This document shows positions 9,382-18,180 of a DNA stretch of 64,000 nucleotides, piece by piece (position 1 is the stretch's first letter; each line of letters opens with the position of its first letter). The position numbers and the translations under genes were made by a program. Origin of the DNA: a virus. The stretch is taken from IMG/VR virus record IMGVR_UViG_3300021963_000106, positions 4,968 to 68,967 of that record. One strand, written 5' to 3'. The notes beneath the pieces are model-generated. The model was given only the letters and a program-made list of their open reading frames with translations. It made no database searches and had not been told where the DNA came from.

Positions 9382-11118
9382 TTAGTTACAATTCCAACGA
9401 CGAAGTGCTTTGTTAATGTTGCTATCTGGATCTCTTGCAGTTTCTGCAGAAGTTAATTTAGACTTCATACCTTTCATTCTGCGGCAAAATGAAGCACGAC
9501 GTTTTGCTCTTTTACCCTCTGGATTTTTTTCAGTTACTGCAGTTTGAAGTTTTGATCCTGGATTTTCTCTACGATATGCATCAACTGCTTTTTGACTTAA
9601 TCCAGCAGTTCTATCTTTTCTATTCACTGATTGCCAATCCTCATCAAACTCAACCTGTTCTCCATATGGTTTTACATACTTTTTTGATGGTCCAGGAAAT
9701 CCAAAGGATCCTCCTTGAGGACCAAAAGCTTGGATTAGTGGTTGTCCAGGTTGAATTTCTGAAACCGAATGATAAAGAACCACTGATCCAGGATATACCT
9801 TTTGAAGTTCATCATTTATTTCTTTTTTAGTTGGTGTTTTGACCTGAGGGAAAAACATTTTTAATGAATAATATTTTCCTCTCCAAGATAGAGTAACAGC
9901 AATGACGTTACCAGTTTGTGATTGAAGTCTTGTTGCTTCTTCTACTTGTGATTTGAAACCTTTAATTGGATCTGATTGGATTAAATCAATTACTTCTGCA
10001 AAGGTGTTTCCATCAACATCTTCAATGGTTACGTCCTCGGCTTTAACACAACGATTGTATTTTTTCCCAAATAAAATTTGAGTTCCTTTTTTCTTATATC
10101 CAGGCCAACATTTCATTTCATCAATTATTTTATCAACTAATTTTTGTTCCTCCATCTCTCCACTTGCGATATAATCTGCGGCTGTATCAATATAATCTGC
10201 TGCTTTGGTGATTTTTGACTGGACCCAAGCTTCTAATGATCCTTCACCTTTACCTACTTTTTTTTCAATCCTCTTAGCCGCATCAATAATAGTTTTAATT
10301 TCAGATCTTGCCATTGAATACTCTTCGTCTCTAACAGAGACTTTATCCCATGCCTTACCACCATAAGAACACTCCGATCTTGTCTCTCTTTTGTCACATA
10401 AAGGACAATATCTTTGTTCTTCCACTGATTCGGATTTTGTTCCCCAATTATCTGCACCTACCTTACGACATTTTACCAATGCACCAGATGCATATGCAGA
10501 TGGCCAAACACTATAACGTGACTTTACTTTATGATAACATGCATCTTTTTTTCCACTACCTTTACCTGGTTTATCTTTTGCTTCTTGAACTTCCATTTCT
10601 TCTTTCATTTTCTTTCTTGGTGAGTCTGTAGAAACATAAGTTGGTTTTGCGGCACCTGTCTTCTGTTGTTGTCCAGGGTCTGCTGCTTTTTTTCTTCTTG
10701 CTGCTGAAAGTCTTTCTGATGGAGTCATACTTGCTCTTTTTGCTGAAGACACACACTTAGGTGTTCCTTCTCCAGGTTCGTCACTTGCACATGTTCCACC
10801 AGTTACAACATTAACCCAACCAGATTTTCCATCCTTTGATTTGGACTTACCAAACCAATCACGAAGACCTTCTTCTTTGATATCTTTAAACTTTTTATGA
10901 TGCTTTTTAGCATCTGCTTCCATTTTTTTCAAACGAGTATAATAATCTGGAATTTCATCAAGATGTTGAAGTGCAATATCTTTAGCAAGATCATGATCTT
11001 TTGTATGTTCATGTTCAATAGGTTCGCCCATATCAAGTTGCTTTTGTATGAAAGAAACATCAAGACGATGCTTCTTTGCAATTTGTTCAACTGTTTTGTG
11101 TGACTTGATCTTGGACAT
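9382..11118 (-). CDS. Large basic mosaic protein of short modules, possibly head-packaged
   Basis: 578-aa ORF with discrete modules (EHEHTKD..PDYYTRL; WPSAYASG; KCWPGY; RRASFCRRM..ALRRWNC) separated by Glu-rich linkers. Confidence 0.75.
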   Translation of the reverse strand: MSKIKSHKTVEQIAKKHRLDVSFIQKQLDMGEPIEHEHTKDHDLAKDIALQHLDEIPDYYTRLKKMEADAKKHHKKFKDIKEEGLRDWFGKSKSKDGKSGWVNVVTGGTCASDEPGEGTPKCVSSAKRASMTPSERLSAARRKKAADPGQQQKTGAAKPTYVSTDSPRKKMKEEMEVQEAKDKPGKGSGKKDACYHKVKSRYSVWPSAYASGALVKCRKVGADNWGTKSESVEEQRYCPLCDKRETRSECSYGGKAWDKVSVRDEEYSMARSEIKTIIDAAKRIEKKVGKGEGSLEAWVQSKITKAADYIDTAADYIASGEMEEQKLVDKIIDEMKCWPGYKKKGTQILFGKKYNRCVKAEDVTIEDVDGNTFAEVIDLIQSDPIKGFKSQVEEATRLQSQTGNVIAVTLSWRGKYYSLKMFFPQVKTPTKKEINDELQKVYPGSVVLYHSVSEIQPGQPLIQAFGPQGGSFGFPGPSKKYVKPYGEQVEFDEDWQSVNRKDRTAGLSQKAVDAYRRENPGSKLQTAVTEKNPEGKRAKRRASFCRRMKGMKSKLTSAETARDPDSNINKALRRWNCN

Positions 11119-11273
11119 TACTCAACTGGTTTTGATTTAGTATGTTCACCCTTTGCTCTTTTTTTTCTCCCCGCACAGTGAGCACGTTGGGAGAATCCTT
11201 TTGGATTTGAGCAATCAATACTCTTTTTATATTTATTAGTCCAATCTTCTTGAAACTGTTTAAACGTTTTCAT
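11118..11273 (-). CDS. Small basic protein, candidate internal head protein, 51 aa
   Basis: Manual translation MKTFKQFQEDWTNKYKKSIDCSNPKGFSQRAHCAGRKKR... Confidence 0.7.
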   Translation of the reverse strand: MKTFKQFQEDWTNKYKKSIDCSNPKGFSQRAHCAGRKKRAKGEHTKSKPVE

Positions 11274-11703
11274 TTTCCGTTTGTTGTTTTAAGAGTTTTG
11301 CTAGTTCAGCTGTAGAACCAACAAAAAGTGCATTGTTAACTGTTGTTGGGCCCTTACTGACTCTTTCTTCTTCAATGTCCTTCAATTTCTTTTGAAGATC
11401 CATTAATTTATCTGTTGCATCTGCAACATTTTTTATAAGTTGACCCGCAACTTCATAGGCACGAGGCATTTCACTTTCTTGAGCAAGTTCAAGAATTCCA
11501 TTAATTGCTTCCTGTCCTTTTTCTATAAGTGAATATAAATTTCCTCTTGTGTAGTCATAATCTTTTTTTATGTCATCAACTGTAGATGCAATTTTTTCAA
11601 TTTCACCAGAAACTTCTTTTGTCTCGACTGGAACAATATCTGCATCAACATTAAAGGTTTTATTTAATTCATCAAATTTTTTTGTCATTTTCATGTTTTT
11701 CAA
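11260..11703 (-). CDS. gp16: Terminase small subunit (real start probably ATG 11694 or 11688)
   Basis: DYDYTRGNLY, PRAYEVAGQLIK, NNALFVGSTAEL motifs. Confidence 0.93.
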   Translation of the reverse strand: MKNMKMTKKFDELNKTFNVDADIVPVETKEVSGEIEKIASTVDDIKKDYDYTRGNLYSLIEKGQEAINGILELAQESEMPRAYEVAGQLIKNVADATDKLMDLQKKLKDIEEERVSKGPTTVNNALFVGSTAELAKLLKQQTENENV

Positions 11704-12701
11704 ATAGTAGATCCACTAAATCCAAAATCATCACCCTCTTCTATTAAGAGATTATCTGAAGAAGTTATTGATTTAACAGGTGATCCAGATAGGTGTGAAG
11801 TAACTGTTGTTCCATCTTTACCTCTTTCTACAGTAAGAACATTTCCTGATTTTGAAGTAACAAAAATCTCTTCACCTTCAAGATCTAGATATGTTTTCGC
11901 CGAAATGGAACTCGCATCATTTACAGTTATTAATGTTGAATTGTCATCAATATCTGTGGTTAAATTAGTTAAGATAGTGCCTGTATAATTTTTTATAGCT
12001 CTTGGTTGTGCAGAATATACTACTTCTCTTGTTGGAGTATTTGTAGTATCTCCTGCAATATAACTGACAGTAGTTTTTTTGATAATGTCTTTGGTTGCAG
12101 AAGAAACAGGACCAAAGAGATATGTTTTGACCGTAAATCTTAAGGTATAAATTAAAACACGTCTAGTTGTAAAGTTGCCTTCATAATCATCTTGCATGGT
12201 GATGTTCTCTAAGACAACAGGAACATCTCTTTTTTCATTAATATCATCAACTAACTCAACGGTCATCGTATATGCTGGTTGAAAATATGGTAAAATTTGT
12301 TCAATAATTTGAAGAGCATCGTCATTTAACTTTGACATTATGCTAAGTTCAAATTGCATATTATATGGAACTGGAAGATATACTTTTTTAACTTCAGTTC
12401 CACCAGAGGCTAATTTTGTGGTGAACGTTTGTGTTGTCGTTGATTTTCTAGAAGAGTCATATGTTAAACCAGTAAACTCAAATGACATTCTTGGCAATGT
12501 TATCTGAACTGGTTTATTTAAATCTGGGGATTGTTCTAATCTTGCTAAAAATTTCTGAGTGGGCCCATAAGCAAGAGGAACTTTTAATACACTTGTAACT
12601 GCTCCACTATTATTAGTATGTTTAATACTAATATCATTGAACAGAGAACCAAAAGAGATAACTGTTCTTCTTAAAATTTGGTGATAAAAATATTCAAACA
12701 T
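11700..12701 (-). CDS. gp15: Tail sheath stabilizer/terminator with C-terminal extension
   Basis: VPLAYGP, LPRMSFE, QIIEQILPYFQP motifs. Confidence 0.95.
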   Translation of the reverse strand: MFEYFYHQILRRTVISFGSLFNDISIKHTNNSGAVTSVLKVPLAYGPTQKFLARLEQSPDLNKPVQITLPRMSFEFTGLTYDSSRKSTTTQTFTTKLASGGTEVKKVYLPVPYNMQFELSIMSKLNDDALQIIEQILPYFQPAYTMTVELVDDINEKRDVPVVLENITMQDDYEGNFTTRRVLIYTLRFTVKTYLFGPVSSATKDIIKKTTVSYIAGDTTNTPTREVVYSAQPRAIKNYTGTILTNLTTDIDDNSTLITVNDASSISAKTYLDLEGEEIFVTSKSGNVLTVERGKDGTTVTSHLSGSPVKSITSSDNLLIEEGDDFGFSGSTI

Positions 12702-12747
12702 ACCTTAACCTTATCCTCTACAACTTTTTGTACATAATAAACTTTAT

Positions 12748-14154
12748 TTATGGCATTCCAAATGGGTTTCTTTCACTAAAATCTACTATATTATCAGCTT
12801 CTGATTCTATTTCATCATTATTTGCAAATCCATCTTTAACGATGAATGTATCAATTCTTCTTAGAGAATATGATGCACTTGAGGCTGAACCCACAATATC
12901 TTCACCAACAATAAATTGTCCGTTTACATTTGACACCTCAAGAGAATTGGTCACAGAACTCCACGATCTTACTCTTCCTTTTACTCCACTTTGAGATCCT
13001 GTGATTACTTCATTAAATACAAATGTTCCTATTCCTCCAACATTTGGAGGTGATATGGTTATAGTGGGTGCAACTGTATAACCAAGACCAGCATTTGTTA
13101 TTCTGATTGAAGTTATAGTTCCTGCGGAAGAAACAACGGCAGTTGCAGCTGCTGATACTGAAGAAATGCCTGTAAAGGTAATATTTGGTGGATTAACATA
13201 TCCAGATCCTGAATTTGTAATTGTAATTATCCCTACAATGCCATTTCCTATTGATGCAATTCCTGTTGCACCATTTCCACCTCCTCCAATAAATCTTACT
13301 CTTGGAGATGTAGTATATCCATAACCAGCATTAATTAACTCCACACTTTGTACAGATTGTGCAGATGGGTTGGTATTATCAGTACATACGACTATCCCAC
13401 CAATCATCTTTGCAATAGCAGAAGCAGTTTTACCACCAATAGGTGCAGATGATATTCCAACAGTAGGTGTACTAGTATATCCTCCACCACGATTTGTTAC
13501 TGTTATTGATGTAACTCCACCATTTACTATTTGACTATCCGCTGTTGCATTTACTCCAGGCCCAACCATTATGAGTTTTTGTACAACCCCAATTGGTTTA
13601 GTATCTTCACCAATACTTCCACTGATATTATCATCAATTTCATCGATACTAGTATCGATTACTTCATCTTCATATCTGAACAGTTCACATCTTAATTCAT
13701 AAGTATAGAGACCTTGTAATTGATAAAAAGGTTTTTCGTGTTCTACATATTTAATTTCAAATAGACGATCACCTAAAGGAAAATAAACTAAATCTCCCTC
13801 CTTTGGTCTTGATGATAACTTTATATTAGACTGATCTTTTATTAATGGTGTTATATAATTTTTGAATCTTTCTCTAGATATTGTCAAAGTTATTTCATTT
13901 AAAGCTTGAATTCCAAACTTTGACAATATAGTTGGATTATCTCCATATCCATCATATGTATTGACATATGCTTCTATTGGATATGCACTATTAAAACTAG
14001 ATTCTATTAACTCTTTTATTACAGTTTTTTCGGTTATATATTTTCTAGGCAAATAATAAACTTCAACTCCATACATTCGAAGTTGTTCGTTAATTAAGTC
14101 TTGAATAAGACCTTGTTCTGATTTTGATCCTTGAAGAAAAAACGGATTTAACAT
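12748..14154 (-). CDS. gp14: Neck protein with inserted Gly/Thr repeat region
   Basis: VYYLPR, RPKEGDLVYFP, FEIKYVEHEKPFYQL, C-terminal DFSERNPFG. Confidence 0.95.
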   Translation of the reverse strand: MLNPFFLQGSKSEQGLIQDLINEQLRMYGVEVYYLPRKYITEKTVIKELIESSFNSAYPIEAYVNTYDGYGDNPTILSKFGIQALNEITLTISRERFKNYITPLIKDQSNIKLSSRPKEGDLVYFPLGDRLFEIKYVEHEKPFYQLQGLYTYELRCELFRYEDEVIDTSIDEIDDNISGSIGEDTKPIGVVQKLIMVGPGVNATADSQIVNGGVTSITVTNRGGGYTSTPTVGISSAPIGGKTASAIAKMIGGIVVCTDNTNPSAQSVQSVELINAGYGYTTSPRVRFIGGGGNGATGIASIGNGIVGIITITNSGSGYVNPPNITFTGISSVSAAATAVVSSAGTITSIRITNAGLGYTVAPTITISPPNVGGIGTFVFNEVITGSQSGVKGRVRSWSSVTNSLEVSNVNGQFIVGEDIVGSASSASYSLRRIDTFIVKDGFANNDEIESEADNIVDFSERNPFGMP

Positions 14155-14158
14155 AAAC

Positions 14159-15010
14159 TTATCCGATCATATCTAGAGGAGGAAGTTCATAAGTATTAGA
14201 CATTTTTTCCATTAAAATATCTATTTCTCTTTGAGCATCATCATACATTTGTCTCCCATTTAGTTCCACTCCACCTGGCAATTTAACCCCAGTAAATTTC
14301 ATCATATTTTGTCCCCATTGTCTTTTAATTAGGGCTGTTAAATATGGTTTAATAAAAGAGTCATTCCATACTCTAGAATAATCATTAGGATCTAGAGTGG
14401 AATAACAATCAATGATAAAGTAATGATTTTCTGTAACTGTTCCCCAGTCAATATCAAGATATAGTCTGTCCTGTCTTTTATTAAATCTAATTTGTTTTTG
14501 TGTATTTAAAAGAAAATCTAAATCTTCTAAGTATGTCTTAACCATAGCATAACTTAAAAGTTCAGTTGTTCCCCAATAGTAAATATCGTTTAAGAATAAC
14601 TGATATTTAACACTAAACATATTATGTGTGATAGTATTAGCACTATCAAAAGTGAAAATTTTATTTACACCAATTACATTGGGAGGAACTTGCAGATAGT
14701 TGCTATTTTCAAAATATGTAAATGTTGTTGCAGTTCCAACTATGTTTGTAGAGACGGTTGTAGTTGCAATTCCAACATTACTATTTTCGTCTAACCCTCT
14801 TGCTCTACCACGAGCAATGTCATCCGCAGTTACTTTGTATTTGTAAAAAGTAGGATAGACACCATCAAAGTGTCTTTCTTGGAAAAACTGAACCGCATCA
14901 TCTACTAAATCTTCAATTTGTTCATCAGCAACATTAATTTCTAAAACTGGTGCGCCCAATTTTCTTTTACAATAATCAATTAATTCTTGTCTAGTAGATG
15001 GTTGTGCCAT
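14159..15010 (-). CDS. gp13: Neck protein
   Basis: LGAPVLEINV, KRQWGQN..KF.GVKLPGGVELNG motifs. Confidence 0.96.
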   Translation of the reverse strand: MAQPSTRQELIDYCKRKLGAPVLEINVADEQIEDLVDDAVQFFQERHFDGVYPTFYKYKVTADDIARGRARGLDENSNVGIATTTVSTNIVGTATTFTYFENSNYLQVPPNVIGVNKIFTFDSANTITHNMFSVKYQLFLNDIYYWGTTELLSYAMVKTYLEDLDFLLNTQKQIRFNKRQDRLYLDIDWGTVTENHYFIIDCYSTLDPNDYSRVWNDSFIKPYLTALIKRQWGQNMMKFTGVKLPGGVELNGRQMYDDAQREIDILMEKMSNTYELPPLDMIG

Positions 15011-15174
15011 TAGAATTTAGATATGACTTCTTGTTGTTTTAAATATAATTTAATGTAAGACTTTGCATAATTACGTAAAACTTCAATATCATCTATACTA
15101 TCTATATCTCTAGAAAGTTTTTCATATTCAAACAATTTAGTCATGTTTTCTAGAGATACTTTGTCAGGATCCAT
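15010..15174 (-). CDS. NblA-like (phycobilisome degradation adaptor-like) small helical protein, 54 aa
   Basis: Manual translation MDPDKVSLENMTKLFEYEKLSRDIDSIDDIEVLRNYAKSYIKLYLKQQEVISKF; size and FExE..R.ID...D...LR..AK pattern resemble picocyanobacterial NblA. Confidence 0.55.
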   Translation of the reverse strand: MDPDKVSLENMTKLFEYEKLSRDIDSIDDIEVLRNYAKSYIKLYLKQQEVISKF

Positions 15175-15390
15175 TTGTTAAATTCCTCAATAGATTTTTA
15201 ATTTCATTAATGTCATTTTTTAAATCATATAAATCATTTTCCAATTTTGTTATTTTTTCTCCTTCTTTTTCTTTTTGTTTTCTTAGGGTCAAATAATTCT
15301 GATATTCTGTTTTGTTCACATTCAATATGGCATTTGTAGAATTATCTCTTACTAAATTTTTATGACCCTCTACTTTTGAATAGTTCATAT
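15164..15390 (-). CDS. Small coiled-coil hypothetical protein
   Basis: MNYSKVEGHKNLVRD..TNAILN; ATG 15390 overlaps upstream stop. Confidence 0.75.
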
Positions 15391-17891
15391 TATGCAAGTG
15401 CAATTACTCTCAAATCCTTTAATCTTGGTGGATACGCTTGATTTGTTGACGATCCAACTAATTTAATACTAAAGTATCTAAAGGAAGGTAAATTATCAAT
15501 AGTAAACTCATAATCTTTGAATAGAGCTTCATTGTTTCCTTGATCTAAAATATCAACTTTTTGTACAAATTTATCAGATGTCCCATCATTATTAGATGGA
15601 TCAATTACTTCACCGGAAAGAGTCAAATTGGAATATCCTGGGAATGGATAGTAAACAAAATCATCTAAAGGATCATTTTGAATAGAGAAGAATGCCCTAA
15701 GATCATTATAGATGTTAACATGAGATGCAACTAGAATTTTAATAGAAGTTGCAGGTGCTTCAAGTGAGATTGAGTTAGTTGCATAAACAAAAGCTGATGG
15801 ATCATCTGATAATGTAGAAACCCTATTGTCAGTAACATAATTTTGAACTGGGTTGTTAATTCTGTTGGAAACAAAAACCATACCCAATCTATCCAAGTCA
15901 ATAATTGGAGACAAATATGGATTTGATGATGTAAGATTTAGATTAACTGTAAATGATTTGTTTCCAGGAAGAGTCGTAAGATTATTAGTTTCATTAACCT
16001 TTGATCCAACCATTCTTGGATTTTCAAAATAATTATTAGAATTTAAATTAATATCTTGGAATCCTTTATCCACGAATGAAGCTTCATTTCCATCTACACT
16101 AGTAGCAGAAACTGTTCTTACTTTCGCAGAAATATTAGTACCACCCAAAGTTAAAGTTTGAATATTTGGTTTAATTAATTCAAACTGAATATTTTGAGTT
16201 GCTCTAATTGACGGTCCACCAGTAGATTTTGTTTTATTAATAAACAGTTTTGGATGACCTTCAACAGATCTATTAACTTGTCCCAATGGAAGAGCTTCAG
16301 TTTTTCCATCTTGTGTTGTATCTACTTTAATAGTGTAGAAATCTAAATCTATGGGATCAGATACAGTAGAATCTTGAAGAGTATGACTTGTATTGATTCT
16401 TCTAAGAGATATTCCGTTTAATTCATACTTAAACACATCCGTTCCTTGTGGATACGTAAATGATTTTGTCTGATCAATTTGTCTGGTAATACCTGTAAGA
16501 GTGTTTCCACTAACACCTTCATATGCAATAATTTCTTCTCCAATTAAAGCATATCCTGGATTTGTCGTTCCAACTCCAACATTTTCAAAAGATGAAAATG
16601 AAGTTGCATCGTCTAAGTTAATATCTGAGGTGGAACTTTGTTCGTATGTCGATGACAATTTAGTTGGTTTTGTATCAGATCTGATATTTGATATTACAAC
16701 CAAATTTGTCCCAGAATGCATACAATGATTTTTGTGATTTACTTTTATATTCAATCCATCGTCAATTACTTGAATTCCATTTGTAACTATATTGACATTT
16801 CCGGAATAGGAAGAATTCAAGTCAGTTGTAATTCCTGAATTATTAACATAAAGAATAGTATTTCCTACACCGGTGATAAATTCTCCCTGAACTTCATCTA
16901 AAATAATTTCGTTGAATCCGTTTAGTTCTGAAACAGATACTCTTAAATTTCTACCTAAAGTTTCACTTCCAATTTGTGTAACAGAAAGAAGATCGCCAAT
17001 TTGATATCCTACACCTCCATTACTAATAGTCGCTGCAACTGCAATACCATTATTAATGGTAAAGTTTGCTGTGGCGTTTCTTCCACTACCAGTTATGCTA
17101 GTTAAAGCAATACCACTAAAAGTTTGAGAACCTGATGATGGTGTATAACCAATTCCTGCATTAATAATTTTTAAAGTACCTTTTGCAGTTCCCGCGACTC
17201 CTACATATTTTCCTCTTCCTGTTGAATTTCTTTGAAGAACTGTATTTCCTAAAGTAAATCCACTATCTTGAACTGTTGTTCCTAATCCTACTCTGATTTT
17301 TCTAGAAGTCATTTCTAGAGAATCTGGCAGAAGGTTTGATATTTGGCCGTTTCCTACATCTAAATCTGAGTTATATAAGTTAAGATTTCCACTAGATGAT
17401 GTAAAGTTTGCTCTGTATAAGGTAAATTTTAAATCTTCATATGGACTTTCATTCCAAGTAGATGCATTTTGTGACTTAAATAATCCACCAGAAAGAGGTT
17501 GTTTTAAAACTAAAAGCTGATTTGATTCTGGTCCAAATCTTGTTTTTACATCAATCTCACCTAATTTTGAAACCCATACATTATACTGATCTGAGTTTGA
17601 TAATATCACTAAAGAATGAAAAACTCCCCCAGTCAAATATACTGGAGATGGAAAGGTTATACGAGTTGGAATTGAAGCATCACTTGAGATATTAACTTTA
17701 TCTGGATCTAAGACAACTTCACTGAATGGATACACAACTTGAGTCGGAAGACCCAACTGCATTGATCTTAATTGAACTGTTACTGGTAACTGGTTGTCTT
17801 TCGATTGAAAGTACAAATCAACAGATGTTACAAAAATTCCACTTTCTGGTTCAACATAAAAAGATTGAGCTAAAGGATCTACTACTTTCAT
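15390..17891 (-). CDS. Virion structural protein, C-terminal part of DUF4815/VrlC-like protein
   Basis: Starts MKVVDPLAQSF; LFKSQNASTW, EDLKFTLYRANF, terminal PRLKDLRVIALA. Confidence 0.85.
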   Translation of the reverse strand: MKVVDPLAQSFYVEPESGIFVTSVDLYFQSKDNQLPVTVQLRSMQLGLPTQVVYPFSEVVLDPDKVNISSDASIPTRITFPSPVYLTGGVFHSLVILSNSDQYNVWVSKLGEIDVKTRFGPESNQLLVLKQPLSGGLFKSQNASTWNESPYEDLKFTLYRANFTSSSGNLNLYNSDLDVGNGQISNLLPDSLEMTSRKIRVGLGTTVQDSGFTLGNTVLQRNSTGRGKYVGVAGTAKGTLKIINAGIGYTPSSGSQTFSGIALTSITGSGRNATANFTINNGIAVAATISNGGVGYQIGDLLSVTQIGSETLGRNLRVSVSELNGFNEIILDEVQGEFITGVGNTILYVNNSGITTDLNSSYSGNVNIVTNGIQVIDDGLNIKVNHKNHCMHSGTNLVVISNIRSDTKPTKLSSTYEQSSTSDINLDDATSFSSFENVGVGTTNPGYALIGEEIIAYEGVSGNTLTGITRQIDQTKSFTYPQGTDVFKYELNGISLRRINTSHTLQDSTVSDPIDLDFYTIKVDTTQDGKTEALPLGQVNRSVEGHPKLFINKTKSTGGPSIRATQNIQFELIKPNIQTLTLGGTNISAKVRTVSATSVDGNEASFVDKGFQDINLNSNNYFENPRMVGSKVNETNNLTTLPGNKSFTVNLNLTSSNPYLSPIIDLDRLGMVFVSNRINNPVQNYVTDNRVSTLSDDPSAFVYATNSISLEAPATSIKILVASHVNIYNDLRAFFSIQNDPLDDFVYYPFPGYSNLTLSGEVIDPSNNDGTSDKFVQKVDILDQGNNEALFKDYEFTIDNLPSFRYFSIKLVGSSTNQAYPPRLKDLRVIALA

Positions 17892-17929
17892 TTTTTTATC
17901 TGATGATTTTCCTTTCTATATCTAATACT

Positions 17930-18178
17930 TTATTTATTTGATTTTAATAAATCTATTTCAAATTTTAATTCTCTTATTGCTTCTATCATAACGGGAATAA
18001 GTTGAATATAATCGACCATCAGATATCCATCGTTCCCAGTGGAAACCATTTCTGGAAATTCTTTTTTAACCTCTTGAGCTATTACTCCATAATCAAATCC
18101 CTGAATTCCAGTTAGTCTTTGCATTTCTCCATTCCATTCATATTTTTTTCCACTGATATTTAATAATTTATCTAACAT
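17930..18178 (-). CDS. Stand-alone C-terminal part of an intramolecular chaperone (peptidase S74) domain
   Basis: LDKLLNISGKKYEW...YGVIAQEV...FPEMV...YLMVDY..LIPVMIEAIREL is the S74 core lacking its N-terminal SD.xLK. Confidence 0.85.
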   Translation of the reverse strand: MLDKLLNISGKKYEWNGEMQRLTGIQGFDYGVIAQEVKKEFPEMVSTGNDGYLMVDYIQLIPVMIEAIRELKFEIDLLKSNK

Positions 18179-18180
18179 AA

